DNA of 64,000 bases from Bacteroidaceae bacterium (lineage in GTDB: Bacteria; Bacteroidota; Bacteroidia; Bacteroidales; Barnesiellaceae_A): NCBI GenBank assembly GCA_017531985.1, contig JAFXJY010000017.1:29690-93689 (forward strand), given 5' to 3'. Position numbers and translations under genes: made by a program. The stretch's first letter is position 1; every line of letters starts with the position of its first letter. This document shows, piece by piece, positions 55,339 through 64,000 of this stretch. The notes under the pieces are model-generated. The model did no database searches. It was not told the DNA's origin and saw only the letters and a program-made list of their open reading frames with translations.

Positions 55339-58164
55339 ATGATAACACATACATTCCGATTTTCGACATTATCGCTCATAATACTCGCATGCATGCTGTG
55401 TGTAGTGACTACATTGAAGGCACAAGATTGCGAGGTCGTTGCCCATGTTATGGAGTCGAGTGGTGAGGAAATGGTCGGCTCTTTGGTGTTGTTTCAGCCC
55501 GGAACATCTACACGATATACACAGCTGACCGAAGTAGATGGAGACAAAGGATTTTTTTGTGGGGATAGGTATTATATAACAATAGAGAGCGTCGATGGGG
55601 GTGAGTGCGTGTGTCGATATTATAATGCCGGGAGCTGGGTGCAGGTGGCAACACACACTTTCAATGAAGATGTAAGACAACTACTATCGGCTGTCTACAA
55701 TCCCGCCGATAGCGTTGTGTATTGTGTGATGCAGGATGCAGGTACGCGAGAATATATCTTGCAGAAGGTACGTATCGATGATAATACATTGGCAATCGAG
55801 GAGGGTGAAAGCATGGTGCTGCAACGAGCTTTTTATGCTTTAAGTGCTACCCGTGAAGGAGATCTCTATGGTTTCGCCACCGATGCAGGATTGTATCGAA
55901 TTAGTGCTTCCGATGGTAGCAGTGAAAAATTGTTCTCTACAAGCAGTGTCGGGATGGATACCCAGTCGACATGGATCGATGCTGAGGGCGTAGTGTACAG
56001 AGCTGTGCCATCGAGCATAGGTACAACGATATATAGCTACACCCTCGATGATAAAAGAGAGAAGATGGTCAAGGTATATACATCGGTCAAGAGAATTGTG
56101 GCGATGGCTGCCAATGATTTTACCATCGACAACAGTAAGCCTATGCCCGTTACTGATGTGACTGTGCGGTGGGAAGAAAATCACAATAACGGTACTATAT
56201 CTTTCGTTGCTCCCGGTGTAGATATAAATGGAATAGAATTGACCGATAGTCTCACAGTCAGAGTATTAGTCGATGATATAGAGATAGCGACGTTGCGAGT
56301 GCAACCTCTTACTCGATGTCAGTTGCCCTATGTGTTTACTGACGGGATGCATAAGATAGAGATTGTGGCGAGTAATGAGTATGGTGATAGTCAAGAGGTG
56401 ATATGTGAAGTCTATGCCGGTTACGATGTTCCGCAGCCCATAAAACGGGTTGGAGTGACATGCGATTTCCCCTATGTCGATGTGATGTGGGCTGAGCCTT
56501 CCGGCGAGCATGGCGAGGCGGTTGATGTTGATAATCTTCGATACAAGGTTATTCGTTACCCCGATTGTGTGCTGATTGCCGATACGGTAGCAACAAGTGT
56601 ACGAGACTCACTTCCATCTATGCCGTTCTATTACCAGTATGGAGTAGTTGCTTATTTACCCGATTATGAAACGACAGAGACTAAATCTATATCGTTTTAC
56701 TATGAGTGTAAGATGCAACCCCCGTTCAGTTTTACATATTGGGATCATAATATCTTCAATGCATTTCAGGTCGAAGATGCCAATGGTGACGGTGTTACAT
56801 GGGAGTATTTCAAGACGATTTCTGACGAATTTGTTTTGCGATATAAGTATAGTGGGATAAATGCGGCTGACGATTATCTTTATTTCCCCATCATGCAGTT
56901 ACAGGAAGATGTTTACTATGAGGTAACGGCGTATATGCGGACAGGAAGTGAAAAGTATGGCGAGATGTTCTCAATGGGACTTAAACCCATGAATGAGCAG
57001 CAAGGTCATATCGCTCTATTATCGCATGCGGCTGTCGATAGCAAGCATAGTACACCTTATAGTAAAGGATTTGTGGTAGATGAAAGTGGCGATTATAGAC
57101 TATATGTGCATTGTAGCAGTCCGGCCAATAGGCACATCTTATATATCGATAGTGTTGTGTTGACGATGCAACACATTACAACACAGCCACAGCCGGTGAG
57201 TGATGTGGAGTTGCTTACCGATGATCAGCAACCAAGCGTTGTGACGATCGCATGCATGGCTCCCACTACAAGTGTCGATGGGTTACCACTTGACGACCTG
57301 TACGAAGTGGCCATATATCGCAATGGAGAAGTTATATATACAAGTGCATCGCCCATGCCGGGTGCATCGATAACTTATCGAGACTCGGTGTGCGAGATAG
57401 GTAATTATGACTATACGATTATTGCAAAGAATACAAGTGGAAGCAGTAGCCCGGTTACCCGAAGCATAGTAAGAGGTATTGCAACGTTTCCTTTTAGTCA
57501 CGACTTTGCCGATGGAGCCGGTTTTTTTACCACTATCGATAATAACAATGATGATGTAACGTGGCACTTTTACGACGACCGCTTCTTGGGATGTATGCGT
57601 TACCTGTCGAGTGAGACGCACGCAGCTGATGATTGGTTGATAACTCCACCTATCTTTCTCGCCGATTCGATACGCTATCAAGTGGAGTATAGTTGTTGTG
57701 CAGGACATAGTCACTATCCCGAGTCGATTCGTGTAATATTGGGTCGTACACCGCAGCCCAATGCCATGTCTATGGTCATAGACGACCTTATTGAATTTAC
57801 CACCATCTCGCCCGACACATGTGTCATTGTTCCGTTTGATATACCGGTATCGGGTGTTTATTATATGGCATTTCAAGCTGTAAGTCCGGTCGATAGTTAT
57901 GCCATACTCTTCCGTAATGTTGCAGTGAATGAATACGACCCCATGTCTGTCTCATTGCCCATGAGTGACAGCTGCAAGGTGTGGGGAAGTGTGGGCAGTA
58001 TTGTGGTCGATGCAATATCCGAAAATGATATTTTGATATACCATCTCGATGGCCGATTGGTCGAGAAGCGAAAAACAAAGACTCATCGTCAACATATCGT
58101 CATTGCACCCGGTATGTATATCGTGTGTATTGACAATGTGCCTACCAAGGTGGTGGTGAGATAA
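55339..58164 (+). CDS. Large secreted T9SS cargo protein with two adhesin-like (choice-of-anchor J / cleaved-adhesin-like) modules and a C-terminal sorting domain
   Basis: ORF 55261..58164; the start is at MITHTFRFSTLSLIILACMLCVVTTLKAQ (signal peptide). A TATTTTTG box lies at 55306..55313. The C-terminus LIYHLDGRLVEKRK...GMYIVCIDNVPTKVVVR matches the T9SS CTD pattern. There are two modules with DGVTW/DDVTW...AADDYL/AADDWLITPP motifs. Confidence 0.7.
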   Translation: MITHTFRFSTLSLIILACMLCVVTTLKAQDCEVVAHVMESSGEEMVGSLVLFQPGTSTRYTQLTEVDGDKGFFCGDRYYITIESVDGGECVCRYYNAGSWVQVATHTFNEDVRQLLSAVYNPADSVVYCVMQDAGTREYILQKVRIDDNTLAIEEGESMVLQRAFYALSATREGDLYGFATDAGLYRISASDGSSEKLFSTSSVGMDTQSTWIDAEGVVYRAVPSSIGTTIYSYTLDDKREKMVKVYTSVKRIVAMAANDFTIDNSKPMPVTDVTVRWEENHNNGTISFVAPGVDINGIELTDSLTVRVLVDDIEIATLRVQPLTRCQLPYVFTDGMHKIEIVASNEYGDSQEVICEVYAGYDVPQPIKRVGVTCDFPYVDVMWAEPSGEHGEAVDVDNLRYKVIRYPDCVLIADTVATSVRDSLPSMPFYYQYGVVAYLPDYETTETKSISFYYECKMQPPFSFTYWDHNIFNAFQVEDANGDGVTWEYFKTISDEFVLRYKYSGINAADDYLYFPIMQLQEDVYYEVTAYMRTGSEKYGEMFSMGLKPMNEQQGHIALLSHAAVDSKHSTPYSKGFVVDESGDYRLYVHCSSPANRHILYIDSVVLTMQHITTQPQPVSDVELLTDDQQPSVVTIACMAPTTSVDGLPLDDLYEVAIYRNGEVIYTSASPMPGASITYRDSVCEIGNYDYTIIAKNTSGSSSPVTRSIVRGIATFPFSHDFADGAGFFTTIDNNNDDVTWHFYDDRFLGCMRYLSSETHAADDWLITPPIFLADSIRYQVEYSCCAGHSHYPESIRVILGRTPQPNAMSMVIDDLIEFTTISPDTCVIVPFDIPVSGVYYMAFQAVSPVDSYAILFRNVAVNEYDPMSVSLPMSDSCKVWGSVGSIVVDAISENDILIYHLDGRLVEKRKTKTHRQHIVIAPGMYIVCIDNVPTKVVVR

Positions 58165-58224
58165 TGGTAATAATCAATACCTTTATAAAACATCTTTATA
58201 AAAGGTTTCACCAACTTTTCTTAT

Positions 58225-59391
58225 CTAAGCATCTTGTACTCTTCTTATATTTTCTATACCACTCTTTGATAGCTCTGCGACTATGCACCGAGCTGCTCGT
58301 TGCGGTGCCCCCGGAGCTCCTAATCGTTGAGCTACTTCGTTATATCCTTCGGTTACTCTATTGTGTACTTGCTTGTCGTGAAGTAGGAAGTTCAGCTCTT
58401 CGCGTATGCGTTCGGCTGTGCAATGGTGTACTAACAATTCTGTCACAACACTGCGGTCGGCGATGAGGTTGACAAGTGAGACATAACGAACTTTGAGCCA
58501 TCGTTTAAAGATATTGTAGATTAATGCTCCACCCGGCATTGCGTAGCACACCACTTGTGGTACATGAAGTAGAGCGGCTTCGAGTGTAGCGGTTCCCGAT
58601 GTTACGATAGCCGCTGAACTTTGTGCCAGCAATCGATAAGTTGCGTTGAATGTGACTGATACTTTACCTTCTTCGAGATATGGTGTGTAGGTGTCAACTT
58701 CTATACCCGGTGCTCCGGCTATAACCAATTGATAATCGGTAAAACCATATGCCGCTTCTATCATGCGAGGCAGATTGCGACGAATCTCGGCTCGTCGACT
58801 ACCTGCGAGCAAAGCTATGATCGGCTTGTCGGGCAGATGGTGATGAGATATGAACTGTGCGAACGTTTCGTTACTGTGCGAACGTTTCGCCAATTCGTCG
58901 ACCGTTGGATTTCCCACATAATGTATATTGTAGTTGTGGCGACGATAAAATTCGACCTCAAAGGGTAGAATGGAAAATACTTTGTCGACGTATCGTCGAA
59001 TGGACTTGATGCGATATTCTTTCCATGCCCACAGTTTGGGAGAGATGTAATAATATATCGGTATGCCCAATGTGAGTTTGATATGTCGGGCAACTTTAAG
59101 ATTGAAACTCGGGTAGTCAATAAGAATAAGAACATCGGGACGCCATGCTTCGATGTCACGCTTGCAATTGTGCAGATTATTTAATATGGGGCGAAGGTGT
59201 GCAATTACCTCGGTGAACCCCATATAAGCCATTTCGCGATAGTGCTGCACACAAGTACCACCCACAGCGGACATCATGTCACCACCATAGAAACGAAATT
59301 CGGCATTTGTGTCTTCTTGTGCTATTGCTGCCATTAAGTGCGAGGCGTGGAGGTCGCCCGATGCTTCACCTGCTATTAAATAATACTTCAT
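58225..59391 (-). CDS. lpxB: Lipid-A-disaccharide synthase
   Basis: 388 aa. MKYYLIAGEASGDLHAS N-terminus typical of LpxB. Confidence 0.93.
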   Translation of the reverse strand: MKYYLIAGEASGDLHASHLMAAIAQEDTNAEFRFYGGDMMSAVGGTCVQHYREMAYMGFTEVIAHLRPILNNLHNCKRDIEAWRPDVLILIDYPSFNLKVARHIKLTLGIPIYYYISPKLWAWKEYRIKSIRRYVDKVFSILPFEVEFYRRHNYNIHYVGNPTVDELAKRSHSNETFAQFISHHHLPDKPIIALLAGSRRAEIRRNLPRMIEAAYGFTDYQLVIAGAPGIEVDTYTPYLEEGKVSVTFNATYRLLAQSSAAIVTSGTATLEAALLHVPQVVCYAMPGGALIYNIFKRWLKVRYVSLVNLIADRSVVTELLVHHCTAERIREELNFLLHDKQVHNRVTEGYNEVAQRLGAPGAPQRAARCIVAELSKSGIENIRRVQDA

Positions 59392-59548
59392 TTATCGGTT
59401 CTCTGTTTTTTTACAGTGCAAAAGTACAAAAAACTACACAATCACATGCTTAATAACCTTGTAAATAGACTTAAAGATATTAAAAGTGAGTGCATCGTTA
59501 TTGTATTGCCTATACAATAATTAGCCTCGATTATCGTTTATCTTGTAT

Positions 59549-60985
59549 ATGAAAAGAGTTCTATTTCCCATAACGATGCTGTTGCTATGCCTTACAGGAT
59601 TGTTTACAGCGTGTATCGATGATAGTTTTACCACATCGTCCAACGATGTGTTGGAATTTTCGGTCGATACGATTAATTTTGATACTATCTTTACCGATGA
59701 AGGAACAGCTACTCGTTCACTCAAAGTATATAATAGAAGTGATAAATCGTTGCGAATAAGTTCTATCAACTTGGGTAAAGGTGACAACTCGGGCTTTGTT
59801 GTCAATGTTGATGGTCTATCGGGTACAGCATTCAGTAATACCGAGTTGAGGGGTAACGATAGTCTTTTTATTTTTATCATGGCTAATATGGCTGAAACCG
59901 GTCAGTTACAGCCTGTTGAGGCTCGTGATTCAATAGTGTTTGTTACCAATGGAGTGACTCAGCATGTAAAGTTGTTGGCACAGACGCAGGATGCCAAGCG
60001 GGTGAAAGGACTGGTAGTAAATGGAGATTCGCTATTGACGGCCGAGAAGCCATTTATTGTTTATGACTCATTGGTTGTGGCTCACGATGCTACCCTTACA
60101 ATAGAACCCGGAGCAACACTCTACTTTCACAATGGTGCATCATTGCAGGTATATGGTAGGTTAGTGGCAGAGGGGCAACCCGGACTGCCGGTAACGTTGA
60201 GAGGTGATCGTCTCGACCGTATGTTTGATAATCTGCCCTACAATAATCTTGCCGGTCAATGGGGTGGAATACGGTTTCATGAAGGGAGTTATGATAATCG
60301 CATAACGCATGCAATGGTGCGAGGCACAACATGGGGAATTGTGTGCGATTCTACCGACCTTTCGCACACTACGCTGACCATTCACAATAGTATTATACAC
60401 AATTCGACAGCCAATCTTCTTGATATAGCATGCAATCGTGTGAGGATAACCAATAGTGAACTATCTGATGCAGGAGGTTCGGTTATCTCCATTCGCAGGG
60501 GTTACGCCGATATTACGCATACAACGATAGTCAATTACTATTTCTACGATATGATAAAAGGGGCCATTGTGCATACTCCTACATGTGAAGAACTGATAGA
60601 GTGGGGGGTGCATTTGACTCTCAATAACTGCCTTATTGCAGGTAATGCTTCGCCGCTTTCTGAGGGCGACTTTACAGGAAGTGATGTATATCTGAATAGT
60701 TGTCTGATAGCCGGTGTCGAAGGTAGTGATGATGCCAATTTTATTCACACCATGTGGAATGGTGAACCAAAGTTTTGGCTTATCGACCGAGAAAATTATC
60801 TCTACGATTATCGCATAGGCTCACCCGAGTCGGCAGCCGTAGGATGGGGAGCAACAGCTTATGCCAATGATTCAACGGCTGTTGATATGTATGGAGTAAG
60901 TCGTCTTGAGCGTGTCGATGTGGGAGCTTACCAGTTTACCATTCCCTCACCCTCATACGAGGAAAAAGAAGATAAAGCCTTGTAA
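59549..60985 (+). CDS. Hypothetical lipoprotein (N-terminal Ig/ASH-like domain plus probable right-handed beta-helix)
   Basis: Lipobox LTGLFTAC. An N-terminal F..D.I.FD.....T......V.N......I.....G pattern, then repeats of I.NS...A-type turns. The ORF opens at TTG 59543; the ATG is at 59549. Confidence 0.45.
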   Translation: MKRVLFPITMLLLCLTGLFTACIDDSFTTSSNDVLEFSVDTINFDTIFTDEGTATRSLKVYNRSDKSLRISSINLGKGDNSGFVVNVDGLSGTAFSNTELRGNDSLFIFIMANMAETGQLQPVEARDSIVFVTNGVTQHVKLLAQTQDAKRVKGLVVNGDSLLTAEKPFIVYDSLVVAHDATLTIEPGATLYFHNGASLQVYGRLVAEGQPGLPVTLRGDRLDRMFDNLPYNNLAGQWGGIRFHEGSYDNRITHAMVRGTTWGIVCDSTDLSHTTLTIHNSIIHNSTANLLDIACNRVRITNSELSDAGGSVISIRRGYADITHTTIVNYYFYDMIKGAIVHTPTCEELIEWGVHLTLNNCLIAGNASPLSEGDFTGSDVYLNSCLIAGVEGSDDANFIHTMWNGEPKFWLIDRENYLYDYRIGSPESAAVGWGATAYANDSTAVDMYGVSRLERVDVGAYQFTIPSPSYEEKEDKAL

Positions 60986-60987
60986 TT

Positions 60988-61416
60988 ATGCAACTATCGA
61001 ATGTGTGGATGGCTTATGCCGATGATACTGACATGGGCATGGTAGTAGTGCGAGGTCGCATGCATATGGATGCAGTGCGGCTGTCGGGCGATTTTAATAT
61101 CAGAGTTGAAATGCAATGGCTGATTCAAGGTGATGATAAGGGTACTCCTACCGATGTCGAATCGGAGGTGATAGAACGAGTGATGAGTATCGTATGTGAC
61201 GCAGTAGAGCGTGGCAATGTGGCTGTGTTGACAGCTATACACACCGGTGCCCGACAGGTACGATACATATTTTATGCAACAAGTATCGATGCCTTTTCGC
61301 AATCGGTTCAACCGCTTTTACAGCGGTTGGGTAATCTCCCCCTGCATATAGCAGCTGTTGTTGATGAAAATTGGAGCGACTATACATCCATGATAGCCCG
61401 TCAAGCCATGACATAG
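60988..61416 (+). CDS. DUF695-like protein
   Basis: 142 aa. W.AY start and a G.P...E...IE.V pattern reminiscent of DUF695; this is recalled, not searched. Confidence 0.4.
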   Translation: MQLSNVWMAYADDTDMGMVVVRGRMHMDAVRLSGDFNIRVEMQWLIQGDDKGTPTDVESEVIERVMSIVCDAVERGNVAVLTAIHTGARQVRYIFYATSIDAFSQSVQPLLQRLGNLPLHIAAVVDENWSDYTSMIARQAMT

Positions 61417-61514
61417 TGTTATGTGCAACTATTTATCAATAATGTTGATGCGGTATCCATTTTTTTTGACTACTTTTGCGATGTCATTTATCATTATTAA
61501 CAATACAACTTACA

Positions 61515-62657
61515 ATGAAGAAATATTTAATATATGTGATGCTTGCGGTTGTCGCCCAGTTTGTTGCTTGCGATAATACTCCTAAGTTTACTATTAGTGG
61601 CACTATCGATGATGCCGATAGTCTTACGTTATACTTAGAAGATATAACCAACACTCGGAGCGTGCTGCTTGACTCGGTAATGCTTGATGCGACCGGAAAA
61701 TATTCATTTACACAACAAGTCCCCGAGCAAGCGGGTTTCTATCGATTGTCGTTGGGCGAACAGTATGTGTATCTCGTAGTTGATACAGTAGCCAATATAA
61801 AATGCAATGGTACGTCCCGTCATCTCTCTACCGATTATACAATAGCAGGTAATGACGATTGTGCTGTGGTGCGAGAAGTGACCTTGGACGGTGGTAAGCT
61901 GAAAAGCATTGTGAATAATGCTCTGTCGATGAGTGGTCGCGAAAGCCAACAAGTTGCATTGGATAGCATAGCAGCTTATAAGGAGCGTATGACCGCACTC
62001 ATCTTGCAGGAACCGTCGTCGCCGGTGGCTTACTACATACTGATGCAACGCATCAACGGATTGCCCATATTCGACACCTTTGACCCTCACGACAATCGCA
62101 TTATCGCTGCGGTGGCAACAGCTCATGAAGTGTATGCCTCAGAGGCTCCTCGTACAGCAATATTACGTGACATTGCTTTGCAGGGTATGGCAGCACGTCG
62201 TAGTGAGAAGCAATCGGCCATAGAGATTGATGCCGATAAGGTGACTCATGTGGACTATGTGGACATAGCCTTGTATGACGTAAAAGGAAAGGAACAAAAA
62301 CTCTCATCGGTCGCGACCGAAAAGAAAGTGGTATTGCTCGACTTTACTGCCTATGCTCTCGAATACTCGCCTGCTTACAACATGCAGTTGATGGAAATAT
62401 ATGAAATGTATCGTAACAGAGGGCTTGAAATATATCAAGTATCGTTCGACAGCGACTATAATCGTTGGCAGACTGTGGCCGATAATCTGCCTTGGATAAG
62501 TGTCAATGATGCCGACAATGTGTATTCGACACTCGTTACCCTCTACGATGTTCAATCGCTGCCTACATGCTATGTAATAGTGAATAATGGAGAGCAGATA
62601 TTACGTCCTGTCGATGTAGACGACTTAAAGCAAAAATTGACACAAATTATGGGTTAA
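61515..62657 (+). CDS. Thioredoxin-fold (TlpA/AhpC-TSA-like) lipoprotein lacking the CxxC motif
   Basis: ORF 61476..62657; the start is at MKKYLIYVMLAVVAQFVAC. The C-terminal VVLLDFTAYALEYSPAYN...EIYQVSFDSD...W...LPW..V.D aligns by eye with the TlpA pattern, but WCGPC is replaced by ALEYS. Confidence 0.6.
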   Translation: MKKYLIYVMLAVVAQFVACDNTPKFTISGTIDDADSLTLYLEDITNTRSVLLDSVMLDATGKYSFTQQVPEQAGFYRLSLGEQYVYLVVDTVANIKCNGTSRHLSTDYTIAGNDDCAVVREVTLDGGKLKSIVNNALSMSGRESQQVALDSIAAYKERMTALILQEPSSPVAYYILMQRINGLPIFDTFDPHDNRIIAAVATAHEVYASEAPRTAILRDIALQGMAARRSEKQSAIEIDADKVTHVDYVDIALYDVKGKEQKLSSVATEKKVVLLDFTAYALEYSPAYNMQLMEIYEMYRNRGLEIYQVSFDSDYNRWQTVADNLPWISVNDADNVYSTLVTLYDVQSLPTCYVIVNNGEQILRPVDVDDLKQKLTQIMG

Positions 62658-62719
62658 CAGCATAAAACACAAAAAAATAAAATTATCATATTTTATTTGC
62701 AAAACACAAAATAAACCCA

Positions 62720-62783
62720 TACCTTTGCATTCGTAATAGACAAGGAGACCCGGTCAATACGGCGGGGTTTCTTTTTTATTTTG
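62720..62783 (+). promoter_or_regulatory. greA leader: -7 box TACCTTTG followed ~18 nt later by an intrinsic terminator (attenuator / short leader RNA candidate)
   Basis: TACCTTTG at 62720..62727. Stem gagaccc (62745..62751) / ggggtttc (62764..62771) followed by TTTTTTATTTT. The greA ATG is at 62840. Confidence 0.5.
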
Positions 62784-62839
62784 TTCTTTGTGAACCAAGA
62801 TAACATTAATATTTATCCTAATCTTAACAAAAAAGAATT

Positions 62840-63310
62840 ATGGCCTATAACTATATGACCGAAGATGGTCTGAAAAAGTTGAAAGAAGAATTGACTCACA
62901 TGGAGAGTGTCGAGCGTCCTCGTGTTGTAGCAGCTATTGCCGAAGCTCGTGACAAGGGTGACCTCTCGGAGAATGCCGAGTATGATGCAGCGAAAGAAGC
63001 TCAGGGTATGCTCGAAATGAAAATTGCTCAGCTACGCGATACCATAGCCAATGCTCGTATCATTGACGATAGTCGCCTCAATACTGATGAGGTGCAATTG
63101 CTCAATAAGGTTAAAATTAAGAATGTGGCAAATGGAGCAACAATGGAATACTCGATTGTATCGGAAACAGAGGCCGACTTGCGTGCAGGAAAAATTTCAG
63201 TAGCTACACCCATTGCCAAGGCTTTATTGGGACATCGTGTAGGTGATGTTGTCGAAGTGCAAGCACCTGCCGGAAGAATTAGTTTCGAAATTCTCGAAAT
63301 CAGTATTTAA
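62840..63310 (+). CDS. greA: Transcription elongation factor GreA
   Basis: 156 aa. G...L..EL......RP.....I..AR..GDLSENAEYDAAKE signature. Confidence 0.95.
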   Translation: MAYNYMTEDGLKKLKEELTHMESVERPRVVAAIAEARDKGDLSENAEYDAAKEAQGMLEMKIAQLRDTIANARIIDDSRLNTDEVQLLNKVKIKNVANGATMEYSIVSETEADLRAGKISVATPIAKALLGHRVGDVVEVQAPAGRISFEILEISI

Positions 63311-63349
63311 GTTACTTTGAACCGTTGCGAATAATTTTGCAAATTATAG

Positions 63350-63386
63350 ACAGCGGAGTACCCCGATAAGGCTGGTACTCCGCTGT
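63350..63386. terminator. Hairpin terminator between convergent greA and tspO
   Basis: 13-bp perfect stem acagcggagtacc / ggtactccgctgt. Confidence 0.7.
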
Positions 63387-63403
63387 CCTTGTGTAAGAGA
63401 ATA

Positions 63404-63868
63404 TCAGTTGTGCAGATAGATATATCCGTTCAGATAAGTGGCCATTATCAACCATACAATGTAGGGGATAAACAAGTAGCTTGCAGTGCGATGATGTCGG
63501 TGGGTGAGCATGATATATATCAACACCACGATGTCTAATGCAACAATATCTATCAACCCCCATAGCGGATTACGCATGTAGAAAAACAGTATGCTCCATA
63601 AGAAATTGAGCAGTAATTGAAGGATAAAAACGATTGTAATAGCTCGGCGGTCGGTATACATCGAACCCGTTACAAGACCTATCGATATGCCCATGAGTAG
63701 ATAAAGAATACTCCACACTATGGGGAAAACAATATTGGGAGGTGTGAGTGATGGGCGGTTGAGTAGGGGATACCATTGAGTCAAGGCATCGGCTTGAAAA
63801 TAAGAGGCGGTGAGACCTACCGCAAAACAAACAAGCACCGCTATGGGAATAGTAAATACTTTGTGCAT
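63404..63868 (-). CDS. tspO: TspO/MBR family tryptophan-rich sensory protein
   Basis: ORF 63404..63946; the start is at MHKVFTIPIAVLV. Five TM segments; W-rich motifs (WYPLLNRPS.TPP..VFP.VW..LY). Confidence 0.85.
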   Translation of the reverse strand: MHKVFTIPIAVLVCFAVGLTASYFQADALTQWYPLLNRPSLTPPNIVFPIVWSILYLLMGISIGLVTGSMYTDRRAITIVFILQLLLNFLWSILFFYMRNPLWGLIDIVALDIVVLIYIMLTHRHHRTASYLFIPYIVWLIMATYLNGYIYLHN

Positions 63869-63926
63869 AGATAAGATTTTTTTTATGTGTAACAGCTGTG
63901 GTGACCGATTTGTTTGTCGAGCCTCA

Positions 63927-63961
63927 TAAAAAAACGCACCTTGCATTTTTGCAAGGTGCGT
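63927..63961 (-). terminator. Rho-independent terminator (minus strand) for a gene beyond the window end
   Basis: 12-bp stem acgcaccttgca / tgcaaggtgcgt with a T-run on the minus strand. Confidence 0.7.
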
Positions 63962-64000
63962 TGAGTATAACGGATAATGAGTTATTAAGCGTTAACCGAA

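Overview
This 64 kb window is a gene-dense and largely housekeeping chromosomal segment. It most likely comes from a Bacteroidales (Bacteroidota) genome. Three things support that assignment: many genes are preceded by the Bacteroidetes -7 promoter motif TAnnTTTG, the conserved uppS-bamA-skp-skp-murI block is present, and one large protein ends in a T9SS C-terminal sorting domain. Recognisable content falls into four groups. (1) Outer-membrane biogenesis: TamB, a TamA-like Omp85, a second Omp85 paralog, BamA, two Skp/OmpH genes, LpxB and UppS. (2) Metabolism: thyA-folA, metA, ribD, pyrE, fbp, glmS, purB. (3) Translation and RNA: rplM-rpsI-rpsB-tsf, asnS, pnp, an RluB-like synthase, greA and prmC. 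(4) Replication and repair: priA, recX, comF. There are five tRNA genes: Gly-GCC, Leu-TAA and three identical Val-TAC. I found no CRISPR array, transposase, integrase, phage gene or recognisable multi-gene defence system, and I cannot honestly name a clearly novel multi-gene system here. The most unusual items are: (a) a Hanks-type Ser/Thr kinase fused to a Cys-rich FISUMP/DUF1566-like domain with no export signal, sitting in a repeat-filled accessory patch downstream of tRNA-Leu, plus a kinase-less paralog inserted between asnS and pnp; (b) an 84-bp promoter-bearing unit repeated three times in tandem upstream of thyA, with a homologous copy upstream of glmS; (c) a roughly 700-bp field of GC-rich palindromes; (d) an RluB-like pseudouridine synthase carrying a roughly 215-aa N/G/R/Y low-complexity N-terminus with an internal 231-bp duplication; (e) a promoter followed directly by an intrinsic terminator upstream of greA. 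All product names rest on motif and family recognition by eye. No database search or RNA folding was run.
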